NCBI GenBank assembly: GCA_016188575.1
Contig: JACPHN010000268.1
Coordinates: 916 to 64,915 of the forward strand
DNA: 64,000 bases
DNA from: Candidatus Schekmanbacteria bacterium
GTDB taxonomy: Bacteria; CSSED10-310; JACPHN01
Reading direction: 5' to 3'
The notes under the pieces: model-generated
What the model was told of the DNA's origin: nothing
The model's database searches: none
Seen by the model: the letters and a program-made list of their open reading frames with translations, nothing else
Shown: positions 47,137 through 56,700 of the stretch, one piece after another
Layout of the letters: the number at the start of each line of letters is the position of its first letter
Numbering within the stretch: the stretch's first letter is position 1
Program-made: the position numbers and the translations under genes

Positions 47137-49533
47137 ATGAACGAAGACCTTAGTTTATGTATGGATGAGCACAGAGAGGTTGTTTATCTGCTTTTGCGTC
47201 GCTATTCGTCACTCGGACGACCCTTCCTGTTGCGATCTGAATTGTGGGACCAGTTTTCCGCGTTTTGTCAGGAAAACGATCTGGAGGCCCTGCTCGATTC
47301 CGCCCTTGCCGACACCATACGCAGCGTCCAGGAGGCGGCCGTGGCCGCCCCGTGGGTCTATTTTGCCAGTCGGCGACACGTGGCTCGCTGGCGGTACTTT
47401 CGCATCCATGCGGAATCGCCCCAGTTGGAAGCGATCTCGGCGTCGGAGTATCTGCGCTTCAAGGAGCAGCTCGTCACCGGCGGTGGGCCGGAACCGTGGG
47501 TGCTGGAATTCGACATTGGGCCCTTCAACCGCGAGTTTCCCAAGCTCCAGGAGGCGCGCTCCATCGGCCGCGGTGTCGAGTTCCTCAATCGCCACCTCTC
47601 CAGCCAGCTTTTTCAGGAACTGGGCAAGGGAGATCAGCTCCTGCTCGATTTCTTGCGTCTGCACCAATGCCAGGGCCAGCAACTCATGCTCAGTGGCCGG
47701 ATCAAGGAGCTGGCCGAGCTGCGGCGGTGTTTGCGCGAGGCGGATGACTATCTGGCGCGCAAACCTGGCGAGGCCGGTTGGGACCTCGTGGGGCCGGAGC
47801 TGCAGCGCCTGGGTTTGGAGCCGGGCTGGGGCCGAACCGCCGCGCGCATGCGCGATACCCTCGGCCTGCTGTCCGATATCCTCGAGGCACCCGAGCCGGG
47901 GACCCTGGGGCGCTTCTTGGGTCGGATACCGATGATCTTTAGCGTGGTCATCCTTTCGCCACACGGCTACTTTGGACAGGCCAACGTCCTGGGGCTGCCG
48001 GACACGGGTGGACAGGTCGTCTACATTCTCGATCAGGTGCGCGCTCTGGAGCATGAGATGCGCACGCGGCTCCATGAACAAGGTCTGGGTATCGAACCGC
48101 GGATCCTGGTCGTGACCCGTCTGATCCCGGAGGCACCGCCGGGAAGCACCTGCAATCAACGTGTGGAGAGCATCGCGGGAACGCAGGGCGCGCTGATCTT
48201 GCGGATTCCGTTTCGTGGCCCTGGCGGGGAAGTAATTCCCCACTGGCTTTCGCGCTTCGATTTGTGGCCGTATCTGGAGCGGTACAGCCGCGAAGTCGAA
48301 AGGGAGGTCGTCGCGGAGTTGCGCGGGCGCCCCGATCTCATCGTCGGTAACTATTCCGACGGCAATCTCGTGGCAACCTTGCTCGCACAGCGCCTGCACG
48401 TGACGCAGTGCAATATCGCTCACGCCTTGGAGAAGACCAAATACCTCATGTCGGACCTGTATTGGCGTGACAACGATCCGCAATACCACTTCGGCTGCCA
48501 GTTCACCGCCGACCTCATTGCCATGAACGCCGCCGATTTCATCATTACGAGCACCTATCAAGAAATCGCAGGCCACCGTGACAGCATGGGACAGTATGAG
48601 AGTTACGGTGTTTTCACTCTGCCCGGTCTGTATCGCGTCGTGAATGGCATGGATCCTTTCGAACCGAAGTTCAACATCGTCTCGCCCGGCGCGGACGCAC
48701 AGGTCTATTTCCCATACACGGAGTCGGAGCGACGCCTGAGCAGGCTGCATGACGAAATCAGAGCGATCCTGTATCAGCCCGACCTCCCCGGCGCCCGCGG
48801 CGCCTTGCGAGACCCCGGCAAGCCCCTCCTGTTCACCATGGCTCGTCTCGACCGGATCAAGAACATCACGGGGCTGGTAGAGTGGTATGGCCGGAGCCGG
48901 CAGCTTCGCGACCGCGCCAACCTGTTGGTGGTCGCGGGCCACATCGATCCCGGAAGCTCGACGGATGCCGAAGAGCAACAGCAGATCGCGCGCATGCACG
49001 AGCTTATGGATCAGTATCACCTCGACGCCGAGCTGCGCTGGCTCGGAGCGCGTCTGGAAAGGAATGTCACTGGCGAGCTATATCGATACGTCGCCGATGG
49101 CCGCGGCGCTTTTGTGCAGCCGGCCTTGTTCGAGGCCTTTGGTCTGACCGTGGTCGAAGCGATGACCTCGGGGCTGCCGACGTTCGCAACGGTATACGGC
49201 GGCCCACTCGAGATCATCGAAGATGGGGTGTCGGGGTTTCATATCGATCCCAACCACGGCGATCGTGCGGCCCAGCGCATGGCGGAATTTCTTGATCGCT
49301 GCACCGTGGAACCCGATTATTGGGAGAGGATCTCGACGGGTGCGATGGAGCGGGTGGCGGCGCGTTACACCTGGAAGCTCTACGCGGAACGTATCATGAC
49401 CTTGTCGCGCATCTACGGGTACTGGAAGTACGTGACTGATTTGGAGCGGGACGAGACGCGGCGTTACCTGGAGATGTTCTACGGCTTGCAGTTCCGGCCC
49501 CTGGCCGAAAAGATCAGGGAGGAGGCGCGATAA
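47137..49533 (+). CDS. susA: Sucrose synthase
   Basis: [61 protein letters not shown]. Confidence 0.95.
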   Translation: MNEDLSLCMDEHREVVYLLLRRYSSLGRPFLLRSELWDQFSAFCQENDLEALLDSALADTIRSVQEAAVAAPWVYFASRRHVARWRYFRIHAESPQLEAISASEYLRFKEQLVTGGGPEPWVLEFDIGPFNREFPKLQEARSIGRGVEFLNRHLSSQLFQELGKGDQLLLDFLRLHQCQGQQLMLSGRIKELAELRRCLREADDYLARKPGEAGWDLVGPELQRLGLEPGWGRTAARMRDTLGLLSDILEAPEPGTLGRFLGRIPMIFSVVILSPHGYFGQANVLGLPDTGGQVVYILDQVRALEHEMRTRLHEQGLGIEPRILVVTRLIPEAPPGSTCNQRVESIAGTQGALILRIPFRGPGGEVIPHWLSRFDLWPYLERYSREVEREVVAELRGRPDLIVGNYSDGNLVATLLAQRLHVTQCNIAHALEKTKYLMSDLYWRDNDPQYHFGCQFTADLIAMNAADFIITSTYQEIAGHRDSMGQYESYGVFTLPGLYRVVNGMDPFEPKFNIVSPGADAQVYFPYTESERRLSRLHDEIRAILYQPDLPGARGALRDPGKPLLFTMARLDRIKNITGLVEWYGRSRQLRDRANLLVVAGHIDPGSSTDAEEQQQIARMHELMDQYHLDAELRWLGARLERNVTGELYRYVADGRGAFVQPALFEAFGLTVVEAMTSGLPTFATVYGGPLEIIEDGVSGFHIDPNHGDRAAQRMAEFLDRCTVEPDYWERISTGAMERVAARYTWKLYAERIMTLSRIYGYWKYVTDLERDETRRYLEMFYGLQFRPLAEKIREEAR

Positions 49534-49657
49534 AGCGGCTGTGGGCTGAGCACCCGACTCCCGTGAGCACGCGGCGCGGGTTTCGAATCCGCCGCCAATG
49601 CGCTAAACTGCGGCATCTTGTCGGTGCGCGCGGAAAACCTCGAGGGGAGACGATAAC

Positions 49658-50455
49658 GTGTCGTATGCAACCGCTTTTGCTAACAAGGTCGCGCTCGTAA
49701 CGGGCGCTTCCTCGGGAATCGGTCGCGAGCTGTCGCTGCGGTTGGGCCGGGCGGGCGCCCGCATCGGGCTCCTGGCGCGCAGCGCGGACAAGCTCGCGGC
49801 AGCTCGCGATGCCATCGACGGCGGCGAGAACGTGCTGCTCTTGCCCGCCGACGTCGCCGACGAGGCGGCCTGCCGGGACGCCGTGGACAGGCTTGCCGCG
49901 ACCTTCGGCGGCATCGATCTGGTCATCAATAACGCCGGGCTCTCCATGTACGCACCGTTCGCGGAGACGGAGACCGCGGTCTTTCATCGGCTCATGGACG
50001 TGAACTATTTCGGCTCGCTCTACATCGCGAAGCGCGCCTATCCCCATTTGTTGCGCAGCAAGGGCAGCATGGTGTTCGTGTCGAGTGTTGTCGGCAAGCG
50101 CGGTTTCCCGACGCGGAGCGGCTACTCTGCGGCGAAGTTCGCGGTCCACGGTCTGTTCGAATGCTTGCGAACGGAATGGGCGGCCACCGGGATCCATGTG
50201 GGCATCGTCGCTCCCGGTTTCACCGACACCGGGATTCGCGCCGCGGCCCTATCCGCCGATGGCACCATCCGGGGTGAGGACAGCAAGATCCGGGGATCGG
50301 CCATGTCCGCCGCAGACGCCGCGGAGGCCATTCTCGAGGCCGCTGCCCGGCGCCGGCGGGAGGTAGTCTTGACGCCTGCCGGAACTTTCATGGTGTGGCT
50401 GAACAAGCTGCTGCCGGGGCTGGCAGATCGGCTCGCCGCGCGCGCCATCGGCTGA
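49658..50455 (+). CDS. Short-chain dehydrogenase/reductase
   Basis: TGASSGIG, NNAG, YSAAK. Confidence 0.9.
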   Translation: MSYATAFANKVALVTGASSGIGRELSLRLGRAGARIGLLARSADKLAAARDAIDGGENVLLLPADVADEAACRDAVDRLAATFGGIDLVINNAGLSMYAPFAETETAVFHRLMDVNYFGSLYIAKRAYPHLLRSKGSMVFVSSVVGKRGFPTRSGYSAAKFAVHGLFECLRTEWAATGIHVGIVAPGFTDTGIRAAALSADGTIRGEDSKIRGSAMSAADAAEAILEAAARRRREVVLTPAGTFMVWLNKLLPGLADRLAARAIG

Positions 50456-50515
50456 CCGCCTGCCCAAGCAGCGCGGCTGCCTTGGGAACGTGGACGTAAC
50501 CTGTTGGAGGGAACA

Positions 50516-51523
50516 ATGCGCGTTTTCATGACGGGTGGCACCGGGTTTCTCGGAAAAGCCGTGACGACTCGCCTCATCGCGGCCGGGCACGAGGTCACGC
50601 TGCTGTGCCTTCCCCGGGAATCGGTCGCCGCGCGCGCCGGGCTGCACCTCGTCACCGGAGACATCACGCGCCCGGACACGCTCGTGGGCCTGTTCGCCGA
50701 CCACGACGCCGTGGTGCACCTCGCGGGGGCGGTTGGGTATGGGCAGAAAATGAGCGTCTGTCTGGCGGTGAATCGCGACGGCACCCGCAACGTCGCCGCC
50801 GCCGCCGTGGCCGCGGGGACCCGGCGCTTCATTCACCTGAGCTCGGTGTCAGTCTACGGCCGTGTGGCCGGCGTCCCGATTACGGAGAACGCGCCGCGCC
50901 TGCGCACGGGGGAACCCTACGGCGATACCAAGATCGACGCCGAGGAGGTGCTCGAGGACTTTGTCGCGCGGGGCGAGCTCGCGGTAACCATGCTGCGCCC
51001 GACGGTGATCTATGGGCCGGGCGACGAGAAGTTTCTCCCGAAGCTCGCGCAAAACCTGCTTTCGGGCAAGGCGCGGATCATCGGGGACGGCGACAACTCG
51101 GTGGACCTCATTCACGTCGACGACGTGGCGCTCATCGTCGAGCAGCTCCTGAGGCGCGAGGATACGATTGGCGCCGTATTCAATGTCACCAATCCGGACA
51201 ACTGCACCTGGCGCGAGCTGCTGGCCGCGGTGGCGGACGAGCTCGGCGTGTCGCCGCCGCGTACCCGGCTTCCGTACGGCGCGGCGTTGATCGTCGCCGG
51301 CGCCCTGGAATGGATCGCCGCGATCCGCGGTAAGGAGCCGGCGCTCACGCGCTATGCCGTGCGCGTCATCGGGCGGCAGTACTATTATGTGGTCGATCGC
51401 CTGCAGCGCGATCTCGGGTTCGTCCCTTGTGTCGAGGTGCGCGACGGCGTTCGGGAGTGCGTGCGCGAGCTTGCGGCGGCCGGCCGGTTGCAGCCCGGAA
51501 CGCGAGCGCGCCGGGCTCGGTGA
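50516..51523 (+). CDS. NAD-dependent epimerase/dehydratase (3-beta-HSD-like extended SDR)
   Basis: TGGTGFLG, HLAG, SSVSVYG, YGDTK, RPTVIYGPGD. Confidence 0.88.
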   Translation: MRVFMTGGTGFLGKAVTTRLIAAGHEVTLLCLPRESVAARAGLHLVTGDITRPDTLVGLFADHDAVVHLAGAVGYGQKMSVCLAVNRDGTRNVAAAAVAAGTRRFIHLSSVSVYGRVAGVPITENAPRLRTGEPYGDTKIDAEEVLEDFVARGELAVTMLRPTVIYGPGDEKFLPKLAQNLLSGKARIIGDGDNSVDLIHVDDVALIVEQLLRREDTIGAVFNVTNPDNCTWRELLAAVADELGVSPPRTRLPYGAALIVAGALEWIAAIRGKEPALTRYAVRVIGRQYYYVVDRLQRDLGFVPCVEVRDGVRECVRELAAAGRLQPGTRARRAR

Positions 51524-51560
51524 GCACGCTCCAGCAGGAAAGCGAGCTACACAGAAAACC

Positions 51561-52427
51561 ATGAGACCACAAAAGAATACCGTGACCAGGCAGTTCATGA
51601 CCTGGTTTTTCAAGTACCCTCACAATCCCTATGTGTCGTGCTCGGTGTCGCTTGATTTCGGTTCGGCGCAGGCCTACTTGCGGTCGCTGAACGACGACGA
51701 TGCTCGCCCTCGGGTCTCCATCCAGCACTTGCTGACCGCTGCAGTCGCGCGCGTGTACCGCGAGTTTCCCGCGGCCAACGCGACGATCATCGGCTCGCGA
51801 ATCTACCGGCACGAGCACGTGGGCGTGGCGATGCCGGTTAACATGCTCGAGACAGGCGGCTCCTTGGGCCTGGAGACGAGCCTGATCTTCGTCGAACGGG
51901 TGGACTGTCTCAGCCTGCGGGGGCTGGCGCTGGCGACGCAGGAACGCGTGGCGTCGCTGCGCGATGGCGAGGGGAAAAGCAACGTGTGGCGCAACCTCGC
52001 ACCCCTGGTGGGAAAGCTCCCCGACGCCGTGATCCACGCGACTCTGGATGCTTTTGAGGCGATCTGCACCATCCCGTTCGTCGGCGAAGCGGTGCACCGT
52101 TCACTGCCCATCACCGTGGCCGTGTCCAACCCGGGCGCGGCGTTTTCGATGCCGGCGGGTGGCGCCTTTCGAGCCGCCTCGTTTGCACCCCCCAATCGAC
52201 TGTTCGCGGTCGGCTCGGTGCTCGGCGTGTCCGCGCTGCAGGATGAAGTGGTTCCGATCGCTGGCCGTCCCGAGGTGCGAACCATGTTGCCGCTCATCTA
52301 TGTTTTCGACCACCGGCTGTTCGACGGGGTGATGTGTGCCCGCATCCTCAATCGCCTGGGCACGGTGTTGCTCTCGCCGGAGGACTGCTTCGGCCCCGCT
52401 GGTGACGATGGCGGAGCGGCGGCATGA
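51561..52427 (+). CDS. Stand-alone 2-oxoacid dehydrogenase E2-type acyltransferase catalytic domain
   Basis: FPAANATI, VGVAMPV, VSNPG, FDHRLFDG; no lipoyl domain. Confidence 0.8.
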   Translation: MRPQKNTVTRQFMTWFFKYPHNPYVSCSVSLDFGSAQAYLRSLNDDDARPRVSIQHLLTAAVARVYREFPAANATIIGSRIYRHEHVGVAMPVNMLETGGSLGLETSLIFVERVDCLSLRGLALATQERVASLRDGEGKSNVWRNLAPLVGKLPDAVIHATLDAFEAICTIPFVGEAVHRSLPITVAVSNPGAAFSMPAGGAFRAASFAPPNRLFAVGSVLGVSALQDEVVPIAGRPEVRTMLPLIYVFDHRLFDGVMCARILNRLGTVLLSPEDCFGPAGDDGGAAA

Positions 52428-52717
52428 GTGACGAAGAGGAGCGGCGCACGCGACGCCAGGAGCTTACGGACTACCTCCGCCACGGCCCGACGCCGCTGCG
52501 CGAGCTGGCGGCGGCCATCAAGGCCGGACTGCGGGAAACCGTCGAGGAGTTGGAGCACGTCGCTCGTAGCCTCCGCCCGGAACGGATCAACATCCAGGCG
52601 GCAAGCTGCCAGACCTGCGACTTTGTGTTTCGCGAACGGCGCCGCTTCACTACCCCGAGCCGGTGTCCGCTCTGCAAATCCCAGCGCATCAACGAACCAC
52701 TATTCTGGCTGGAGTAG
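52424..52717 (+). CDS. HTH plus Zn-ribbon putative transcriptional regulator (COG3357-like)
   Basis: RRQELTDYL..., ELEHVARSL, CQTCDFVF, PSRCPLCKSQRI. Confidence 0.82.
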   Translation: MSDEEERRTRRQELTDYLRHGPTPLRELAAAIKAGLRETVEELEHVARSLRPERINIQAASCQTCDFVFRERRRFTTPSRCPLCKSQRINEPLFWLE

Positions 52718-52767
52718 ACCCGCAGGTACTCGCGTGCCGGCCCCCGTGCACCGCGGGTATCTTCTCC

Positions 52768-54414
52768 TCACAGCACGCGCCCGATCTCGGCCAGCGACGT
52801 CGTGCCGCTGGCAATCTTCGCCAGGCCGTCCTCGAGCAGCGTCAGCATCCCCTGTGCCCGTGCAGTTTCGTGAAGCTGCGAGGTTGTCACCTTGGAGATG
52901 ATCTGATCGCGAAACGAATCGTCCACGGTGAGCACCTCGAAAAGCGCCGTCCTGCCGCGATAGCCGATGCCGCCGCACTGGTGGCAACCCACCGGGCCGA
53001 GAAATCGCATGGGGCTGTCGGCGGGAATCCCCAACTGGCGCAACAGAGAGAGCGGCGGAATCTCCTCCGCCTTGCAAGCGCTGCACAGGACGCGCACGAG
53101 CCGCTGGGAGACAATTGCCAGCACCGACGAGGCGAGCAGGAAAGGCTCGATCCCCATCTGCAGCAGGCGGGTGATGACTCCCGCGGCACTGTCGGCGTGA
53201 ATGCTCGTGTAGAGCAAGTGTCCGGTCAGACCGGCCTGGGTGGCGATTTGCGCCGTCTCCAGGTCGCGAATCTCGCCAACCATGATGACATCGGGATCCT
53301 GGCGCAGGATCGTGCGCAGCCCGCGAGCAAACGTCAGCCCTTTTGCGACGTTTACTTGCGTCTGGTTGAAGATGCCGAGATCCATCTCGATTGGATCCTC
53401 GATGGTCACGATGTTGACCGTCTTGTTGCGGACCTCCCAGGTCCGGCGCATGGCGGCGTAGATTGTGGTCGTCTTGCCGCTGCCGGTAGGACCCGTGAGG
53501 ATAATCATGCCTTGGGGCCGGCGCACCAGTTGCTCGGCCGCGGCCAACGCCGGACCGTTCATGCCGAGCTCGGGCAGGGCGAGAACCCGGTCGGCAGTGG
53601 CCTCGAACAGTCTGAGCACACCTTTTTCGCCGTGCAGCGTGGGCAGCAAGGAGACGCGGACGTCGTATTCCTTGGCGCCGACCGCAGCGGACATACGCCC
53701 GTCTTGCGGGACGTCGCGCTGGTAGACGGTGAGGTGGGAAAGCACCTTGATGCGGCTGATGAGCCTGCCATAGAGCTCGTCGGGGATCCGGCAAACGTCG
53801 TGTAGCAGGCCATCGACGCGGAACTTCAGAGTGTGGGCGTTTTCACCGGGCTCGAAGTGGATGTCGCGGGCGGCCGCCTTGTCCCCTGACGCAAAGACCC
53901 GGTCGAGGATGGGCGAGACCTCGACCTCGGCGTCCTTGGCCTCGGCCGCGGCCCGGCGCAGCAGTGGCCTGAGGTTGGTCGCCGCTTCCTGTGGAGACAT
54001 GCGGAGAACGGCGCCCGGCAGGTCGCGCGCGGCAGCGGGTGCGGTCCCTCGCGAAGGGCGGCTCGAGGCAACCGTCTGGTCGGCGGCCAGCGCCGTGGGA
54101 TCGTTTTCCATGCCGTGCTCGGCAGCGGCAAGCGCCGCGGCTCTCTTCTGCCGCAACTGGCGTTGCTCCTCCGAAACCGTCCGGCGCGCGCGAAAATCGC
54201 TCGCATAGGCCGTTCCGACCTTCGCTCCGATGACGAGGAGCAGGAGAAGCGACAGCACGGCGATCACGACCGGGCGGCGCAGCAGGCTCCAGACGACGTC
54301 GAGTGCCTCGGGCAGCAGATCCGGCGCGACGGCGGCCAGGAATGAGAGTGTAAACGATCCGACGATCGCGACGAGAACAGCGGTATTGATCGACGTGGCG
54401 GTATCTCTGCCCAT
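52768..54414 (-). CDS. GspE/PilB-family secretion ATPase with hydrophobic N-terminal segments
   Basis: DIHFEP, RVDG, PQDGR, GPTGSGKTTT, TIEDPIE, LRQDPDVIMVGEIRD, TGH, tetra-Cys; start MGRDT at 54414. Confidence 0.9.
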   Translation of the reverse strand: MGRDTATSINTAVLVAIVGSFTLSFLAAVAPDLLPEALDVVWSLLRRPVVIAVLSLLLLLVIGAKVGTAYASDFRARRTVSEEQRQLRQKRAAALAAAEHGMENDPTALAADQTVASSRPSRGTAPAAARDLPGAVLRMSPQEAATNLRPLLRRAAAEAKDAEVEVSPILDRVFASGDKAAARDIHFEPGENAHTLKFRVDGLLHDVCRIPDELYGRLISRIKVLSHLTVYQRDVPQDGRMSAAVGAKEYDVRVSLLPTLHGEKGVLRLFEATADRVLALPELGMNGPALAAAEQLVRRPQGMIILTGPTGSGKTTTIYAAMRRTWEVRNKTVNIVTIEDPIEMDLGIFNQTQVNVAKGLTFARGLRTILRQDPDVIMVGEIRDLETAQIATQAGLTGHLLYTSIHADSAAGVITRLLQMGIEPFLLASSVLAIVSQRLVRVLCSACKAEEIPPLSLLRQLGIPADSPMRFLGPVGCHQCGGIGYRGRTALFEVLTVDDSFRDQIISKVTTSQLHETARAQGMLTLLEDGLAKIASGTTSLAEIGRVL

Positions 54415-54665
54415 GCTCTTTGCGAAACCCGTGGGCTCCTCTCTATGCTTGCGTGTACCTGGTGGTCCGCTTCTGGCTCGGCACCGGGAAGGATCGCCGG
54501 CAAGGAGTCGCCAGCGATCATACCAATCGTGCGCACGCAGGGTCAAGATCAACCTCGGACTCGGAACGACACCAAAGTCGCGCCGCGGTTGCCCCGGGCT
54601 TTGGCCCTGGGGCGGACGCGGCTCTTCTCTTGCACTGGATGACCGCGCACGGTATAGTTGGGCCG

Positions 54666-55070
54666 ATGCGCTTCGATCTCGAGTACAAGTCCAACCTGAA
54701 TGTCGTTTTCTCCTGCAAGTACCATGTCGTGTGGTGCCCGAAGTACCGTCGCAGTGTCCTCGTAGGCGGAGTTGATAGCAGGCTGAAGGAAATTATCTCC
54801 GAGGTTATCCAGGAGTGCCGCGCCGAGCTTTTCGAGCTCGAGGTCATGGCCGATCACGTCCAACTTCTTGTCGAGGTCGATCCTCAGTTCGGCATCCATA
54901 CCCTCGTCAAGCGCATCAAAGGGAGATCCTCGCGGTTGCTTCGTCAAGAATTCCCATGGTTGCGCAGCCGCCTGCCCAGCCTCTGGACCCATAGCTATTT
55001 CGTCTCGACCGTCGGCGGCGCTCCGCTCGCCGTGATCAAGCAGTACGTCGAGAACCAGAAAAACGTCTGA
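54666..55070 (+). CDS. tnpA: IS200/IS605 Y1 transposase; HUH motif altered to H-V-Q
   Basis: YHVVWCPKYRR, DHVQLL, KGRSSR, LWTHSYFVSTVG, IKQYVENQ. Confidence 0.92.
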   Translation: MRFDLEYKSNLNVVFSCKYHVVWCPKYRRSVLVGGVDSRLKEIISEVIQECRAELFELEVMADHVQLLVEVDPQFGIHTLVKRIKGRSSRLLRQEFPWLRSRLPSLWTHSYFVSTVGGAPLAVIKQYVENQKNV

Positions 55071-55073
55071 TTC

Positions 55074-55250
55074 ATGGCAAACAGCCGCGGCCCCAGCTTT
55101 ATCCTCCAGCTCGACCTCGCGACCACCGCAAGAGCCGGAGAAGAGCTGTACAAGCGCGTCGAGCAAGCTGCACGCAACCCTGCAACGCCTGTCTCGGCGA
55201 AGCCTTGCGCCGTCTTGGGTTGCGCGATCAGTCGCGCGACTTTCCGTTTA
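55074..55250 (+). pseudogene. tnpB: tnpB 5' remnant, frameshifted and internally deleted
   Basis: Frame 1 gives PSFILQLDL...LYKRVEQAAR; a shifted frame continues NACLGEALRRL (TnpB N-terminal helix motif), then the sequence jumps to the right-end hairpin. Confidence 0.75.
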
Positions 55251-55284
55251 GAACCCCCCGGCTTTGACCGCGGGGAGGCTCAGC

Positions 55285-56685
55285 GTGACAGCAGATCGCA
55301 TCGTTGAATGTCTGACCAAGGGGCTGGAGCTCCACGAAAACGGTGACCGCGACGGCGCAGCGCAAGCCTTTGCGGCGATTCTCGAGATGGACCCGCGCTA
55401 CGAGCCGGCGCGCCGCTACTTGCGGCTGTTGAGCAAGGTCCCGCCGGGTGGTGACGGCCAGGTCGAGGTCGATAGCGACGAGCGCGCGGCGCCGGCGGCC
55501 CCTCCCGGGCGCCATTTTCGAGGCGGCGACAAGCCGCGAGGCGAAATCGCAGGGTCACCGGCCGTCGCCGTATGGCCAGTAGGCGGTGGACCGGATCGCG
55601 CGACGCGCGCACGGGCGCGCAGCCACGAGCTGGAGCCGGAGAATGCGGATGAGCGACCCCTGACATGGTGGCAAGCGCTGGCGAATCCGACCCGAGCGAC
55701 GCTGTACGTGTACCTCTGGGGAGGCGTGCTCGTCGTCTGCGTCATCATGGTTGTCACCGCCATCTCCACCCGGTTCGCGACTACGCTCAGCACCACCGTC
55801 GGTGAGCTCGGCGAAGTGGTTACCGCAGGCTCGGAAGCCGAGCGCGTCACGGCAATCGTCGTCTACGCGACCAAAGACGAGCCCGCGCGGGCGCAGGAAG
55901 TGGTGAGCTCGCTGGATGGTGGAGCGACCAAGGCGCTGGCGGAGCGATACCTGGCTGCGGAAAAGAAGGCCATGGACGCCGAGGACCGGCTGCTGCTGCG
56001 CCTGCTCGCCGGGCCGCGGCGAAGCACGCAGGCCGACACGCCCCAGCAGATGGCCGCCCACGGGGCGGCGCCGGCCGACAAAGAGGGTGGCCTGGAGCGG
56101 GTCGCAGCGGCCCTGGAGGCTACCTCCGTAGGCCACTATGTGGATGCGATCCCCGAGCTGCTTGGCCTGGGGAAGGCGCCGTACGCGGCGGAGCTCCCGG
56201 ACCTGGACTTTCACCTCGGGGTGGCGATGCTCGGGGCAGGAAGGCAAGATGACGCCGCGCCGTTACTGCAGGCGGCCATCGCGAGCGACATTCACGCCCG
56301 GCGCGCCCGGCGCCTCGCGGCCGCCACGGCGCTCGAACGGCACGATCTGGCCGCCGCACTCTCGCTCAGCAATGAGCTTCTTGAAGCGCCTGCGGACGCT
56401 GCCGAGAAAGCTCTGCTCAACTATTTGAAGGGGGTCGTCATGATGGAAGGTGGCAATGCCGAGACGGCGCTGCCGCTTCTCAAAGCGGCCCAGACCGGAG
56501 CACTGGCCGAGAACGCGGGACTGGCGGCCGCGATTGCGCGTGCCTATGAAGTCAGCGGCAGGCTCGAGGACGCCCGCACCGCCTACCTGCGCGCCACGCG
56601 ATTGGACCCGGGAAACGAAACCGTGCGACAGGCGATCGTCACCCTTGACCGCCAGCTCGGGCTGTCGCCGGGGAAGTCGCGGTAG
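55285..56685 (+). CDS. Membrane-anchored tetratricopeptide-repeat protein
   Basis: GTG start; N-terminal TPR (GLELHENGDRDGAAQAFAAILEMDP), one TM helix, C-terminal TPRs. Confidence 0.75.
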   Translation: MTADRIVECLTKGLELHENGDRDGAAQAFAAILEMDPRYEPARRYLRLLSKVPPGGDGQVEVDSDERAAPAAPPGRHFRGGDKPRGEIAGSPAVAVWPVGGGPDRATRARARSHELEPENADERPLTWWQALANPTRATLYVYLWGGVLVVCVIMVVTAISTRFATTLSTTVGELGEVVTAGSEAERVTAIVVYATKDEPARAQEVVSSLDGGATKALAERYLAAEKKAMDAEDRLLLRLLAGPRRSTQADTPQQMAAHGAAPADKEGGLERVAAALEATSVGHYVDAIPELLGLGKAPYAAELPDLDFHLGVAMLGAGRQDDAAPLLQAAIASDIHARRARRLAAATALERHDLAAALSLSNELLEAPADAAEKALLNYLKGVVMMEGGNAETALPLLKAAQTGALAENAGLAAAIARAYEVSGRLEDARTAYLRATRLDPGNETVRQAIVTLDRQLGLSPGKSR

Positions 56686-56700
56686 GCGAGCACGCCGCCG

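Larger units (their letters stand above)
54573..55283 (+). mobile_element. Degenerate IS200/IS605-family element (711 bp)
   Basis: Subterminal hairpins CCCCGGGCTTTGGCCCTGGGG (54592-54612) and CCCCGGCTTTGACCGCGGGG (~55256-55275); contains tnpA and a tnpB remnant; ends inferred from guide/cleavage-site pairing (ACAC| left, TCAG| right). Confidence 0.85.

Noticed and set aside
54573-55283. IStron, or functional TnpB/omegaRNA system
   Set aside because: The end is TCAG, but only about 90 nt precede tnpA (no group I intron core), and RuvC plus most of the scaffold are deleted.
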